From positions 42,029,572 to 42,093,571 of the forward strand of contig CP154954.1 of NCBI GenBank assembly GCA_039621445.1: DNA of 64,000 nucleotides. The letters run 5' to 3'. This document shows, piece after piece, positions 1 through 12,790 of the stretch. The notes beneath the pieces are model-generated. The model did not search any database. It saw only the letters and a list, made by a program, of their open reading frames with translations, and was not told where the DNA came from. Numbering within the stretch: position 1 is the first letter of the stretch; each line of letters opens with the position of its first letter. Both the position numbers and the translations under genes were made by a program. The DNA comes from Euglena gracilis (taxonomy: Eukaryota).

Positions 1-795
1 AGCCACGAGTCCAGAAACGAGGTTTTATGCGGTTGTATAAAAGAACAGGGTTAGGGTTTGACTCGCCGCGCCGAAAACTCAAAGCCCGCCAAACGCCACC
101 CAATGCCAATTCACAGGGCGAGCAACCGAGGCGTCATTGTGGGGGTGGAGAGCTTTTCTTCGAATCAGGCCAAATTCAGACACATCTCCCCGTGTCTCAT
201 CAAAGCGTCGGGGGCTTTACCTTCCTTTTTCCCTGCTCGACTTTGGGTTTCCCCGCGTGTACAAGGAACGGCCAGGCCCTGTCAAAACCCCAACGGAAAA
301 AAGCTGAGACAGGTCCTAAAGACAGGACAGAAAATGACCCTGTCTGTTTTGGCCAAATTTAGCCAAATTTTAGGCTGGGCAAACCTAACCATAACACTAA
401 ACCTTCCAATGACGCCACAAATCCTGCTCCCAGGGCTCAGGGCAACCGACTTGTAAAAAAAAAATGCAGGTCGAGCAGCAAACAAATCCAAAAAAAACTT
501 TGATACACATGTGATACACAAAATTTTCGATATGATTCGCGTTTTTTTTTTACAATATCAAGCAAAATCGGATTGATCTGTTGACACCATGGCCACTCCC
601 AGTGGACCTTTGCCCCGGCCAGAGGTTTTTTTAAAGCACCCGAGGTGGGGAGAGAGGAGGTCTGGACCATGGATTCACTTGGAAACACCCCCCAGGGGGC
701 ACTTTTTTCCTTGGCCCAAACTCACCCACGACCTCCTTGCGGGGGTCAAGCACCCAATTTTGGACTTCTTTTTTATTTTGGACCCTGTTCGACGC

Positions 796-1085
796 CGGGC
801 TTGTGCTCACCGACCGGGGGGGGGGGTGGGTGCTATAGGGTGCCTGCCCCTAGCAGGCACACCCCCCCCCGGGGGGGATAGGGGTCCGGGCCGGACCCAG
901 AAAATTTTCATTGAAAATGGCGTTTTCCGGGCCCCTGGCGCCTTTGGCGCCGGGGGGTGCCTGCTAGGGGCAGGCACCCCCCAAAACCCTGTCCCCCCCC
1001 GGGGGGTCGGATAGGGTGCTATGGGGTGCCTGCCCCTAGCACCCCCCCCCCCCGTGGGGTAGGCACCCGACTAAGCGCAAGCCTG
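796..1085. mobile_element. MITE family A (inverted copy of 19828-20132)
   Basis: TIR CGGGCTTGTGCTCA / TAAGCGCAAGCCTG. Internal sequence is the reverse complement of the 19.8-kb copy. TSD not recognisable. Confidence 0.8.
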
Positions 1086-1687
1086 GCCGGGACGGCCCTT
1101 GGAACGCCCTTAAAAACTTAAAAACTTCTTAACGTTAAAAAATCCTAAATGCATCCCCCCTCGCAATGTCCAACAACTGGTGACCTCTGCCCTCCGACTG
1201 CGGGAGGATGGTTGCCGGTCACAAGACTGTGACCAAAAAGGTGTCCCCTTCCAAGCGGGTGGTCGGCAGACAAGGGGTCCAAAGAACTGGACTGGGGGGT
1301 TCCAATTCACACCTAAAGACTGCAAAAGCTTTGCTTTTTGGGGTGAAATGAAACAGTGGTTCTGGTGTTAATGGGAGTTTTGGGGGGTGGGGACCCCCCC
1401 CAAAACCCCATTAACACCACACCCGGGTAGCAAAATTTTGGCAGTTTCCAGGAATTAATCGGGCGTTATTTTAAGCAATTTCCACAATGCCAGGAAATGG
1501 GGTGTGCCCAAATGCAACCAATGTGTCCCCGGGAACAGGTCAGCTGGGTTCCCCACTGGGCCCAGCTGCCTGCTTTTTGCACATTTAATTGTGTGTGCCA
1601 CATGCCAGATCGCCGTGTGTTCAAACGTGGCAACGTGGGGGAAAAAAACAAAATGGGCCCAAAACCCAGAGCTGTGCGGGCCTGGGG

Positions 1688-2151
1688 CATGCAATTTTTT
1701 ACCGACCCCGGGGGGGGGGGAGGGGGGTCACTCCACTTTTCAAAAAACCAGTCAATCACTGTTTTTCGGGAAGCCAGTCAGTCACTACCCCCCGGGGGGG
1801 GGGGAGGTCGGCCACTCTAAAATCCAAAGGAAATTTGGACCCAAACATGAAAAAAAGCCAAAAAAAATTTCCGGCGCCTTCGGCGCCGGATCACCTTTGT
1901 GGTTTTTGCCGACTCCCCCCCCGGGGGGGGGAGGGGGTCCGGGCCAAAAACCAGACAGTCACTCTGAAAAAACCAGTCACCCACCCCCCTGTGTGTACTG
2001 TGGCTGTTTTTTTTGGTGTCTTTTATCCTTTCTTCTGGCCTGGCGCTGTTGTCCGCCTCTGGCCCTTTTTTGTCTGTGTGCGTGGAGGTGGCCAGAGCCT
2101 GGCGGTCACCCCCCCCCCCGGGGGGTGGGACAGTGACTAAGTGATTGTATG
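1688..2151. mobile_element. hAT MITE, family B-like
   Basis: TIR CATGCAAT / ATTGTATG; TSD gcctgggg/gcctggtg. Closely similar to 60264-60622. Confidence 0.8.
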
Positions 2152-2436
2152 GCCTGGTGAGGGGGGGTCGGAACGGGGAGGTGGGGCGGGGCTGTGTGCG
2201 AAATTTTGTTTGGGTGCAACAGACAAATGCCTCCACCCCAAAGAAAAGTTGGGAGACGAGGGTTGGCAGGAGGGGGGAAATGCATCGACACGGGGCAGCG
2301 CCACACCTCCAGGTCTTCAGGCAACGCCATGGGGCACCGCAGCAGCACGGCAGCTCCTTCGCCCGCTGCGGGCGGCGCTGGCCTGCAGGCCGGTGACGTC
2401 CCAGTGCACGGCAGCCTCGAGCCACGGGGTCGGGGC

Positions 2437-3147
2437 CACACCATTGCTTAGCGACCCCTGGGGGGGAGGGGGGGGTCACTTTCCATTCTGAAAAAACCAG
2501 TTGGTCACTTGACCACCCCCCCCCCCCGGCAGGGCAGAACGGGACGGCCTGGTGGGTGGTCCAACCCCCCACCCGGGAGTGGGGGGGGGGGTCGACCCCC
2601 CCCCCACCCACCACAGCATTTTCACCAATTTCGGGAAAACGGGGATTTTGGCCAGAAAAATTTTTGAAATTTTTTATTGAAAAATGAACCCAAAACACTT
2701 GATTTTTTGATGGAAAACCACATTTTTATCAGAAAAAATCTCAAAAATATCAGGGTCAAAAATTGGTACTTTTCAGTGGGGGTGAAAAAAACGAAGGTCA
2801 AAAAAAGTGGACGAAATTTTGGCAAAGTCAAATTTTACTGACGTTTTCTCTTGTTGAACTTTTTTGGGCTTTCAACGGCATTTTTCGGGTCCAAAAATTG
2901 GTGCTCCCGGAAATACGGGAAGAGGTGGTGGGGGATGGGGTGGTCGACCCCCCCCCCAACCACCACCATGGCTGTTCAGCCGATTCCCATTCTGCCCCGG
3001 GGAGATCGGCCACTCTTCAGGAGGCAATGAAAATTTGCCAAAAGATCTCACAAAAATCCGAAAAATTTCCGGCGCCTTTGGGCGCCAGGCCAGCCACTCT
3101 AGCCAGGGGGTGTGGGGGGGGTAGGACAGGTGTTAAGCAATGGTATG
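2437..3147. mobile_element. hAT MITE family B with nested family C element (2530-2999)
   Basis: TIR CACACCATTGCTTA / TAAGCAATGGTATG; TSD gtcggggc/atcgggga. Splits GC-rich exon-like sequence. Confidence 0.85.
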
Positions 3148-3544
3148 ATCGGGGATTCAGCCGCGCCGGCAGCCGGCAGTGGCGCTGCTGCCGCCTGGCC
3201 ACCCCCAATGAAACCCGCACAAAAAGCACAAAAAATGGAGAAAATGCCGTGCGACAACCCTGCCACCGGAATGGGTTGCTCCAAAAACAACAAGATCGAA
3301 AAATGCACAAAACCGCCACGCAGCTGGTGGGTGGCCCAAATGCTGACCACCGCCAAACAGCAGCAGGGTTATCAAGATGGGTCGGTTGCGTCGCACAATG
3401 CAACTGCTGGCCAGGCACTTATAACCTGCCCCTGAATTTGGGAACCGCCCGTTTCATGGTAATCACCAAGGAGGGCACTTGCTTTGGTTTTGTGGCTTCT
3501 GCCTGTGCTTTGCCCACCGGAGGCCATCTCTCACCATTTCATGT

Positions 3545-6500
3545 CGACCGCGCTGGCGGCCATTTGCTTGATTCGGCCACGCCGGCAGCCATCTGCTTGC
3601 TTCAACTGCGCTGGCGGCCATTTGCTTGCTTCGGCAGCGATTGCAGCCATTTGCTTGCTTCGGCAGCGATTGCAGCCATTTGCTTGCTTCGGCCGCACTT
3701 TGCAGCCGTTTGCTTGCACCGCCGGCGCTGGGGGCCGTTTGCTTGCTTCGGCTGCAATTGCAGCCGTTTGCTTGCTTCGGCCGCACTTTGCAGCCGTTTG
3801 CTTGCTTCGGTTGCAATTGCAGCTGTTTGCTTGCTTTGACCCGCCGGCGGCCATTTGTTTGCTTCGGCCGCGATTGCAGCCGTGTGCTTGCTTCGGCCGC
3901 GGCTGCAGCAATTTGCTTGCTTCGCCGCACTTTGCAGCCATTTGCTTGCACCGCCGGCGCTAGGGGCCGTTTGCTTGCTTCGGCTGCAATTGCAGCCGTT
4001 TGCTTGCTTCGGCCACCTGGCAGCCGTTTGCTTGCTTTAACCCGCCGGCGGCCATTTGCTTGATTCGGACGCGATTGCAGCCATTTGCTTGCTTCGGCCA
4101 CGCCGGCAGCCATTTGCTTGCTTCAGCCGAGCTTTGCAGCCATTTACTTGCTTCGGCCATCGTGCCGGCCATTTACTTGCATCGGACGCGCTGGTGGTCA
4201 TTTACTTGCTTCGGCCGCGATTGCAGCCGTTTGCTTGCTTCGGCCAGCTGGCAGCCATTTACTTGCTTCGCCGCACTTTGCAGCTGTTTGCTTGCTTCGG
4301 CCAGCTGGCAGCCGTTTGCTTGCTTCGGCCGCAATTGCAGCCGTTTGCTTGCTTCGGCCAGCTGGCAGCCGTTTGCTTGCTTTGACCCGCCGGCGGCCAT
4401 TTGTTTGATTCGGACGCGATTGCAGCCATTTGCTTGCTTCGGCCACGCCGGCAGCCGTTTGCTTGCTTCAGCCGCGCTTTGCAGCCATTTGCTTGCTTCG
4501 GCCATCGTGCCGGCCATTTGCTTGCATCGGCCGCGGTCATTTACTTGCTTCGGCCGCGCTGGCGGTCATTTACTTGCTTCGGCTGCGATTGCAGCCGTTT
4601 GCTTGCTTCGGCCGCGCTTTGCAGCCATTTGCTTGCTTCGGCAGCGCCAGCCATTTGCTTTCTTCGGCCGCAATTGCAGCCGTTGGCTTGCTTCCAGCTG
4701 TTGGCTTGCTTTGGCCCGCTGGCGGCTGTTTGCTTGCTTCGGCCACGCCAGCAGCCATTTGCTTGCTTCGGCCGCGCTGACGACCATTTGCTTGATTCGG
4801 CCACGCGCTGGCGTGGCCAAATTGCTTTCGCTTGCTTCGGCGACGCCGGAATCCGTTTGCTTGCTTCGGCCGCGCTGGCGGCCATTTACTTGCTTCGGTC
4901 GTGCCGGCCATTTGCTTGCTTTCCCCGTGTTTGCAGCCATTTGCTTGCTTCGGTCGTGCTGGCCATTTGCTTGCTTCTCCCGCGTTTGCAGCCATTTGCC
5001 TGCTTCGGCCACGATTGCAGCCATGTGCTTGCTTCGGCCGCACTTTGCAGCCGTTTGCTTGCTTCAGCTGCGCTGGCGGCCATTTGCTTGATTCGGCCAC
5101 GCCGGTAGCCATCTGCTTGCTTCAACCACGATGGCGGCCATTTGCTTGCTTCGGCCACGATTGCAGCCATTTGCTTTCTTCGGCAGCGATTGCAGCCATT
5201 TGCTTGCTTCAGCAATGAAGCAAGCCATTTGGTTGCTTTGGCCGCGCTGGCGGCCATTTGTTAACTTCGGCCGTGATTGCAGCCGTTTACTTGCTTCAGC
5301 TGCGATGGCGGCCATTTACTTGCTTCGGTCGCACTTTGCAGCCGTTTGCTTGCACCGCCGGCGCTGGGGGCCGTTTGCTTGCTTCGGTTGCAATTGCAGC
5401 CGTTTTGCTTGCTTTGGCCTGCTGGCAGCTGTTTGCTTGCTTTGACCTGCTGGTGGCCATTTGTTTGATTCGGACGCGATTGCAGCCATTTGTTAGCTTC
5501 GGCCGCGATTGCAGCCATGTGCTTGCTTCGGCCGCGGCTGCAGCCATTTGCTTGCTTCGGCCGCACTTTGCAGCCATTTGCTTGCACCGCCGGCGCTGGG
5601 GGCCGTTTGCTTGCTTCGGCTGCAATTGCAGCCATTTGCTTGCTTCGGCCGCGCTTTGCTTTGCCGCCGTTTGCTTGCTTCGCCGCACTTTGCAACCATT
5701 TGCTTGCTTAGACCCACTGGCCATTTGCTTGCTTCGGCTGCAATTGCAGCCGTTTGCTTGCTTCGGCCACCTGGCAGCCGTTTGCTTGCTTTAACCCGCC
5801 GGCGGCCATTTGCTTGATTCGGACGTGATTGCAACCATTTGCTTGCTTTGGCCACGCCGGCAGTCATTTGCTTGCTTCAGCCGAGCTTTGCAGCCATTTG
5901 CTTGCTTCGGCCATCGTGCCGGCCATTTACTTGCATCGGACGCGCTGGTGGTCATTTACTTGCTTCGGCCGCGATTGCAGCCGTTTGCTTGCTTCGGCCA
6001 GCTGGCAGCCATTTACTTGCTTCGCCGCACTTTGCAGCTGTTTGCTTGCTTCGGCCAGCTGGCAGCCGTTTGCTTGCTTCGGCCGCAATTGCAGCCGTTT
6101 GCTTGCTTCGGCCAGCTGGCAGCCGTTTGCTTGCTTTGACCCGCCGGCGGCCATTTGTTTGATTCGGCCGCGATTGCAGCCATTTGCTTGCTTCGGCCAC
6201 GCCGGCAGCCGTTTGCTTGCTTCAACCGCGCTTTGCAGCCATTTGCTTGCTTCGGCCGCGCTTGCAGACATTTGCTTGCCTCAGCCATCGTGCCGGTCAT
6301 TTGCTTGCATCGGCCGCGCTGGCGGTCATTTACTTGCTTCGGCTGCGATTGCAGCCGTTTGCTTGCTTCGGCCGCGCTTTGCAGCCATTTGCTTGCTTCG
6401 GCAGCGCCAGCCATTTGCTTTCTTCGGCCGCAATTGCAGCCGTTGGCTTGCTTTGGCCCGCTGGCGGCTGTTTGCTTGCTTCGGCCACGCCAGCAGCCAT

Positions 6501-8600
6501 TTGCTTGCTTCGGCCGCGCTGACGACCATTTGCTTGATTCGGCCACGCGCTGGCGTGGCCAAATTGCTTTCGCTTGCTTCGGCGACGCCGGAATCCGTTT
6601 GCTTGCTTCGGCCGCGCTGGCGGCCATTTACTTGCTTCGGTCGTGCCGGCCATTTGCTTGCTTTCCCCGTGTTTGCAGCCATTTGCTTGCTTCGGTCGTG
6701 CTGGCCATTTGCTTGCTTCTCCCGCGTTTGCAGCCATTTGCTTGCTTCGGCCACGATTGCAGCCATGTGCTTGCTTCGGCCGCACTTTGCAGCCGTTTGC
6801 TTGCTTCAGCTGCGCTGGCGGCCATTTGCTTGATTCGGCCACGCCGGTAGCCATCTGCTTGCTTCAACCACGATGGCGGCCATTTGCTTGCTTCGGCCAC
6901 GATTGCAGCCATTTGCTTTCTTCGGCAGCGATTGCAGCCATTTGCTTGCTTCAGCAATGAAGCAAGCCATTTGGTTGCTTTGGCCGCGCTGGCGGCCATT
7001 TGTTAACTTCGGCCGTGATTGCAGCCGTTTACTTGCTTCAGCTGCGATGGCGGCCATTTACTTGCTTCGGTCGCACTTTGCAGCCGTTTGCTTGCACCGC
7101 CGGCGCTGGGGGCCGTTTGCTTGCTTCGATTGCAATTGCAGCCGTTTTGCTTGCTTTGGCCTGCTGGCAGCTGCTTGCTTGCTTTGACCTGCTGGTGGCC
7201 ATTTGTTTGATTCGGACGCGATTGCAGCCATTTGTTAGCTTCGGCCGCGATTGCAGCCATGTGCTTGCTTCGGCCGCGGCTGCAGCCATTTGCTTGCTTC
7301 GGCCGCACTTTGCAGCCATTTGCTTGCACCGCCGGCGCTGGGGGCCGTTTGCTTGCTTCGGCTGCAATTGCAGCCATTTGCTTGCTTCGGCCGCGCTTTG
7401 CTTTGCCGCCGTTTGCTTGCTTCGCCGCACTTTGCAACCATTTGCTTGCTTAGACCCACTGGCCATTTGCTTGCTTCGGCTGCAATTGCAGCCGTTTGCT
7501 TGCTTCGGCCACCTGGCAGCCGTTTGCTTGCTTTAACCCGCCGGCGGCCATTTGCTTGATTCGGACGTGATTGCAACCATTTGCTTGCTTTGGCCACGCC
7601 GGCAGTCATTTGCTTGCTTCAGCCGAGCTTTGCAGCCATTTGCTTGCTTCGGCCATCGTGCCGGCCATTTACTTGCATCGGACGCGCTGGTGGTCATTTA
7701 CTTGCTTCGGCCGCGATTGCAGCCGTTTGCTTGCTTCGGCCAGCTGGCAGCCATTTACTTGCTTCGCCGCACTTTGCAGCTGTTTGCTTGCTTCGGCCAG
7801 CTGGCAGCCGTTTGCTTGCTTCGGCCGCAATTGCAGCCGTTTGCTTGCTTCGGCCAGCTGGCAGCCGTTTGCTTGCTTTGACCCGCCGGCGGCCATTTGT
7901 TTGATTCGGCCGCAATTGCAGCCATTTGCTTGCTTCGGCCACGCCGGCAGCCGTTTGCTTGCTTCAACCGCGCTTTGCAGCCATTTGCTTGCTTCGGCCG
8001 CGCTTGCAGACATTTGCTTGCCTCAGCCATCGTGCCGGTCATTTGCTTGCATCGGCCGCGCTGGCGGTCATTTACTTGCTTCGGCTGCGATTGCAGCCGT
8101 TTGCTTGCTTCGGCCGCGCTTTGCAGCCATTTGCTTGCTTCGGCAGCGCCAGCCATTTGCTTTCTTCGGCCGCAATTGCAGCCGTTGGCTTGCTTTGGCC
8201 CGCTGGCGGCTGTTTGCTTGCTTCGGCCACGCCAGCAGCCATTTGCTTGCTTCGGCCGCGCTGACGACCATTTGCTTGATTCGGCCACGCGCTGGCGTGG
8301 CCAAATTGCTTTCGCTTGCTTCGGCGACGCCGGAATCCGTTTGCTTGCTTCGGCCGCGCTGGCGGCCATTTACTTGCTTCGGTCGTGCCGGCCATTTGCT
8401 TGCTTTCCCCGTGTTTGCAGCCATTTGCTTGCTTCGGTTGTGCCGGCCATTTGCTTGCTTCGGTTGTGCCGGCCATTTGCTTGCTTCGGCCGCGACTGCA
8501 GCCATGTGCTTGCTTCGGCCGCACTTTGCAGCCGTTTGCTTGCTTCGGCCACGCTGGCCATTTGCCTCCTTTGGCCACGCTGGTCTTCTACTCGCTTCGG
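3545..8600. repeat. Satellite of ~27-33-bp monomers (GCAGCCATTTGCTTGCTTCGGCCGC core) with ~1742-bp higher-order repeat
   Basis: Near-identical translations recur at offset 1742 (5258/7000, 5810/7552) and 1754 (4056/5810). Confidence 0.95.
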
Positions 8601-9289
8601 CAGGCCGCCTCTGCAGCTTGCTGGTGTGTTTCTGTCAGCCTCGGCTTGTCACCCACTCAGTGTTCCGGCCACCCTGGGCCAAATGGTTATAAATGCCTGG
8701 CTGGGACATCACACATCTGTTGGTGGCACCCTGGCAAAAATTGCTAAAAAAAACCATCAAGCCGGACCGAAATTCCGGGAATGCTGGAACAGTGGCAAAA
8801 AAAACGCAGAAACCCTAAACAAATTGCTACCTTAACCTTTACAAAATGGTTACCTTTACAAAATTGTTACCTTTACAGTTTGCACATGCTGCCGGAGGTT
8901 CTGGGAGGGAGTACCAGGTGTAGAGGGTGGTGTTTGCAAAAATTTGCAAAAAAAATTGCAGATGAAAAAACTTTGGCGGCTTCCTCCAAAAATGTCTAGC
9001 CGGGTTTCGTCACACCAATTTCTTCCACCCCACTTTTGGTCATTGCCATTTTTTCCTCCAACCCTGACCTCAGAAAATGAACAGGAAAGCTGGGGGCCGC
9101 GTTTGGCTGTCGAGATCCACCTGATCGCTCGGCGCCATTCACCCACATTGATCTGGGGTGGGGGAGGGAGCAGTGGTGGGGGGACCTCCATGGTGGCGGT
9201 GGGGGGGTTGGATGGCCAAACCCTTTGCACCACCAAAGGGGAGGCCAGGCAGACTGCTGCGGCAGCGCTGTCCTCCTTCCCCACCGCCC

Positions 9290-9680
9290 CACGGCAGAAC
9301 GGGAAAACCTGGTGGGGGGAGTCGACCCCCCACCCACCACAGCATTTTCACCAATTTTGGGAAAACGGGGATTTTGGCCGGGGAAAATTTTTGAATTTTT
9401 TTTGAAAAAAATACATTCATTTTTATGCAAAACACACTTTTTTCACAAAAAAATGAAAATAATCCAGAAATTGGTACTTTTTAGAAGGCGGTGAAAGAAA
9501 CGAAGCTCAAAAAAAACTTCACAAAATCCTGGCACAATCAAATTTTACTGAGATTCTTTTTCTTAGAAAAAATTTTGGGCTTAGAAATTGGTGCTCCTTG
9601 AAATATGGGAAGACGTGGTGGGGGGGGGTCGACCCCCCACCCAACGCCCTGGCTGTTTGGCCGAATCCGGTTCTGCCCTA
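9290..9680. mobile_element. MITE family C splitting exon-like sequence
   Basis: TIR CACGGCAGAAC / GTTCTGCCCTA; flanks caccgccc/tgccgccc. Similar to 2530-2999. Confidence 0.75.
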
Positions 9681-10369
9681 TGCCGCCCTGCCGGCCCGCC
9701 ACGCCGTCCCTGTGCTGCGGCGGCGGCGTTGTGGGGGGGGGGGAGGTGGTGTGGGCCGCCAGCGACGCAGGGACGTCCTCGACCTGCACACCACCAAGGG
9801 GGGAGTGAGGGGGGCATTGGTTCTCTGGTGTACAGAAGCAGGAACACCCCCTTGTGCAAACCGTCAAATTCTCACATATTTGCCCCAGATCAGGCTGTTT
9901 TTTCACCAACCCCGGGGGGTTGGTGAAAAACCCAAATGCCTGCCCAGGCAGGCACAACCCCCCCCCCCGGGGGGTCGGATTTCGGCCTGTGCCCAGGCAC
10001 ATTCCTTTAAAAATAGGCTATTTTTGGCTCCCTGGCGCGTATGGCCTTCGCCGCCGGGGTTGTGCTAGGGCACTTTTGGCTGTGTGCCCTACCCCCCCCC
10101 CCGGGGGGACGGTCGGATTGGGCGTGCCCAGCGAAGCAACGGTGTGGTGTCCAACAACTCAAACACAACCACCCACAGGACTTTGCAACAGCAGGTTGAA
10201 CCTTGACTGAACTTGAATTCCGTTTTCATGGGGGTTGGTGTGTTGCTGTGTCACTGATCACCTTGGACCTCCTCCAAAATTGTCTGGTGGGTGGCCTGTT
10301 GGTGCACGAGCCACTGTGCTCCATCAACCCATCCCCCCCAACAACCACCATGCATCCCATGGCGCTGCT

Positions 10370-11790
10370 GGTCAACACCCCACCTGTTTGAGCCCTGGAC
10401 CGCCCTACTGCTCCTTTGGCCAACAAGCAGGGCAACACACAACTGGCATCAAGAGGAAAACGCCTGCCATATGTGAGGTCAGACTTGCACTGCTTGACAG
10501 CATAACAGCACTGCCACACCTTCTCGGGAAGAACTGTCCTCCGGGTGCGGCAGGGGCGTATGGGAAGCCCTGAGGGGGAGTCTGACCCCCCGAACACGGG
10601 AGGAGGGTCGGACCCCGCCTCCAACCTCGAAACATCAAGCGCTCGCAAAATTTTCCATCACTTTCTGCCACTGCTGCAAAAAAAATTGCCCCCTCATTGT
10701 GAAGCGTATTGAACATTTTTGATGTTTTGGTGTTTTCCGCATACAAAAAAATGGTCAAAATGAGCATTTTTGGGAGTTAGGATAATTAAATTATATTTTC
10801 TTATCTAAATATTGATTTTTTTTATTTAATGATTTATTTTCATAATTTAATATTTTTGGGAGTTTTTTTTTTTTGAGAGAGAGAAAAAAGCAGTCATTAT
10901 TTTGAACAACCTTGGCTTGGCATCCAGCCCATTGACTGCCCACATCTCTCCACGTTTTCGGAACCAAGGGGGGTGGACCCAACCACCTTACCCCATTGGG
11001 GGGGGCAGGGGTTGGGACCCCCTCCCACCACACCATCTACCCCAAACCCAAAAGGCTTCCCATACATCCCTGGGGTGCGGGTGCTGCACCTCCTCGTTGG
11101 CGCACACCCAGAACGTCAGGAATATCTCAATATGGGACATGAAAACCATCCTGCTGCAGCCTCCCAGGTCCAATAACTGCTCCTTATGGGGAAATAAAAA
11201 TACATTCTGCCCCTCCTCCATCTGCCGTTTCTTCACCTGAGAATGGGGAGATGAACACTGGGGGGCACCATGCTAACCAACGGTTTTTTTGTGACCGGGG
11301 GTGTCCCCCACCCACCCCCCCTGGGGGGAGGTAAAATGGGTGGGTCTGGCCGAGTGGTCTGGTCTGGTCTACCCCCCCCAGGGATATGCTTTTTTTCAAA
11401 AGTTTTCCGCACCTTCGGCGCCGAAATTTTTTAAACCTCTCCACCTTCCCCGGGGGTCCAAGATGCAAAAAAACCCCCTAATGCATGCACAGCCATCCAC
11501 TCACCCCCACACCCACAACCACACCCACGTGCCACTTCCATAAAACTCACCCCCACAAAGACATTTGTCGATCAGAGAAAACCAAATAATTCATCTCTGG
11601 GGGGGGGGGCAGGGGTTGGGCCAAAAAAAAATAAAGGAGTCGCTCTGGAAAAAAATGGTCGGCTTCAGGGGAAAAAAAACATTTTTCTTCAGGTTTTTAT
11701 TTTATTTTGCACATTTGGCATAACTGCCCCCCCCCCCGAAAGCAAGCCTATTCATTAAAAAAGAAAATTGGGAAAGATGGAGAATGAAGC
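10370..11790. repeat. Segmental duplication, copy 1 (copy 2 at ~14150-15695)
   Basis: Colinear shared blocks, e.g. AGCCCTGGACCGCCCTACTGCTCCTTTGGCCAAC, CCACACCATCTACCCCAAACCC, CACATTTGGCATAAC. Confidence 0.85.
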
Positions 11791-11845
11791 GTCAATGTCA
11801 GGAATTGGGAGGGGTGCCCCCTGGACCAGGTCAGCTAGTCCCCAC

Positions 11846-12190
11846 CATACCATTGCTTAGCGACCCCCCGGGGGGGGGGGGGTTACTTTCAACTCTGAAA
11901 AAACCAGTCAATCACTTTTTCCCGAAAAAACCAGTCAGTCACTTTACCGATCCCCCCGGGGGGATCGGCCACTCATCATGAAACAATGAAAATTTGCCTA
12001 AAAATCTCAAAAAGTCCAAAAATTTTCCGGCACTTTCGGCGCCCGGCCAGCCACTTTTTCATTTTCGGGCCTACCCCACCCACCCCTGGGGGGGGGGGCT
12101 TGGCCAAAAAAACCAGTCAGTAACTCCGAAAAAACCAGTCAGTTACCCCCCCCCAGGGCTGGGGTAGGACAGGTGTTAAGCATTGGTATG
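11846..12190. mobile_element. hAT MITE family B
   Basis: TIR CATACCATTGCTTA / TAAGCATTGGTATG; perfect TSD GTCCCCAC. Confidence 0.92.
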
Positions 12191-12199
12191 GTCCCCACC

Positions 12200-12790
12200 C
12201 CCAAAAACTCCATTATCTCCGGAACCACCACTGGTCAACGTCCCCAAATAACAAAATTTTGGCAATTTTTCGGCGTAAATTGGGCGGGGACAGGGCAGAA
12301 CGGGAAGGCCTGGTGGGGGGGGGTCGACCACCCCACTCAATATTTTCACGTTTCACACACCCCAGTTCCTGGCATTGAGGCAATCTGGCCCCGAAAGTCA
12401 CGCCCCCCCCCGCCCCGATTTATCCTGAAAAAATTGCTAAACTTTTACCGGTAGTTATGGGGTTTGTTGGGGGTGGGGTACCCAGCTGACCTGGTCCCGG
12501 GGGCTGGTCGCACTTTTTGGCACCCCCCCCCAGTTCCTGGCAATGAGGCAGTCTGGCCCCGAAAATCACGCCCCTCCCAAAGATCGTCAAAATTTTGCTA
12601 TGCGGGAGTGTTGACCAGCAGTGGTTCCGAAAACAATGGGGGCGTGATTTTCAGGGCCAGATTGCCTCAATGCCAAGAAAACTGGGGGGGGGGGATGAAA
12701 CCGTGCGTCCAGCCCCCGGGACCAGATCAGCTGAGTTCCCCACCCCGCAAAAACCCCATTCTCAACAGAACCACTGGAACAGTTGCCCCA
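12200..12790. repeat. Dispersed repeat family H (also ~1350-1570, 26830-27290, 41520-41850, 53510-54170)
   Basis: Shared motifs CAGCTGACCTGGTCCCGGGG, GGCATTGAGGCAATCTGGCCC and CCAGCAGTGGTTCCG. Confidence 0.7.

Noticed and set aside
3545-8600. CRISPR-like array (constant TTTGCTTGCTTCGG core with variable linkers)
   Set aside because: Linkers are ~10-15 nt, related to each other and re-duplicated; no cas genes; eukaryotic context.
3463-8835. Many long ORFs in all six frames (LLASAAIAA.., AEASK..)
   Set aside because: They derive from a stop-poor satellite; the 1742-bp higher-order unit is not a multiple of 3 and no frame dominates.
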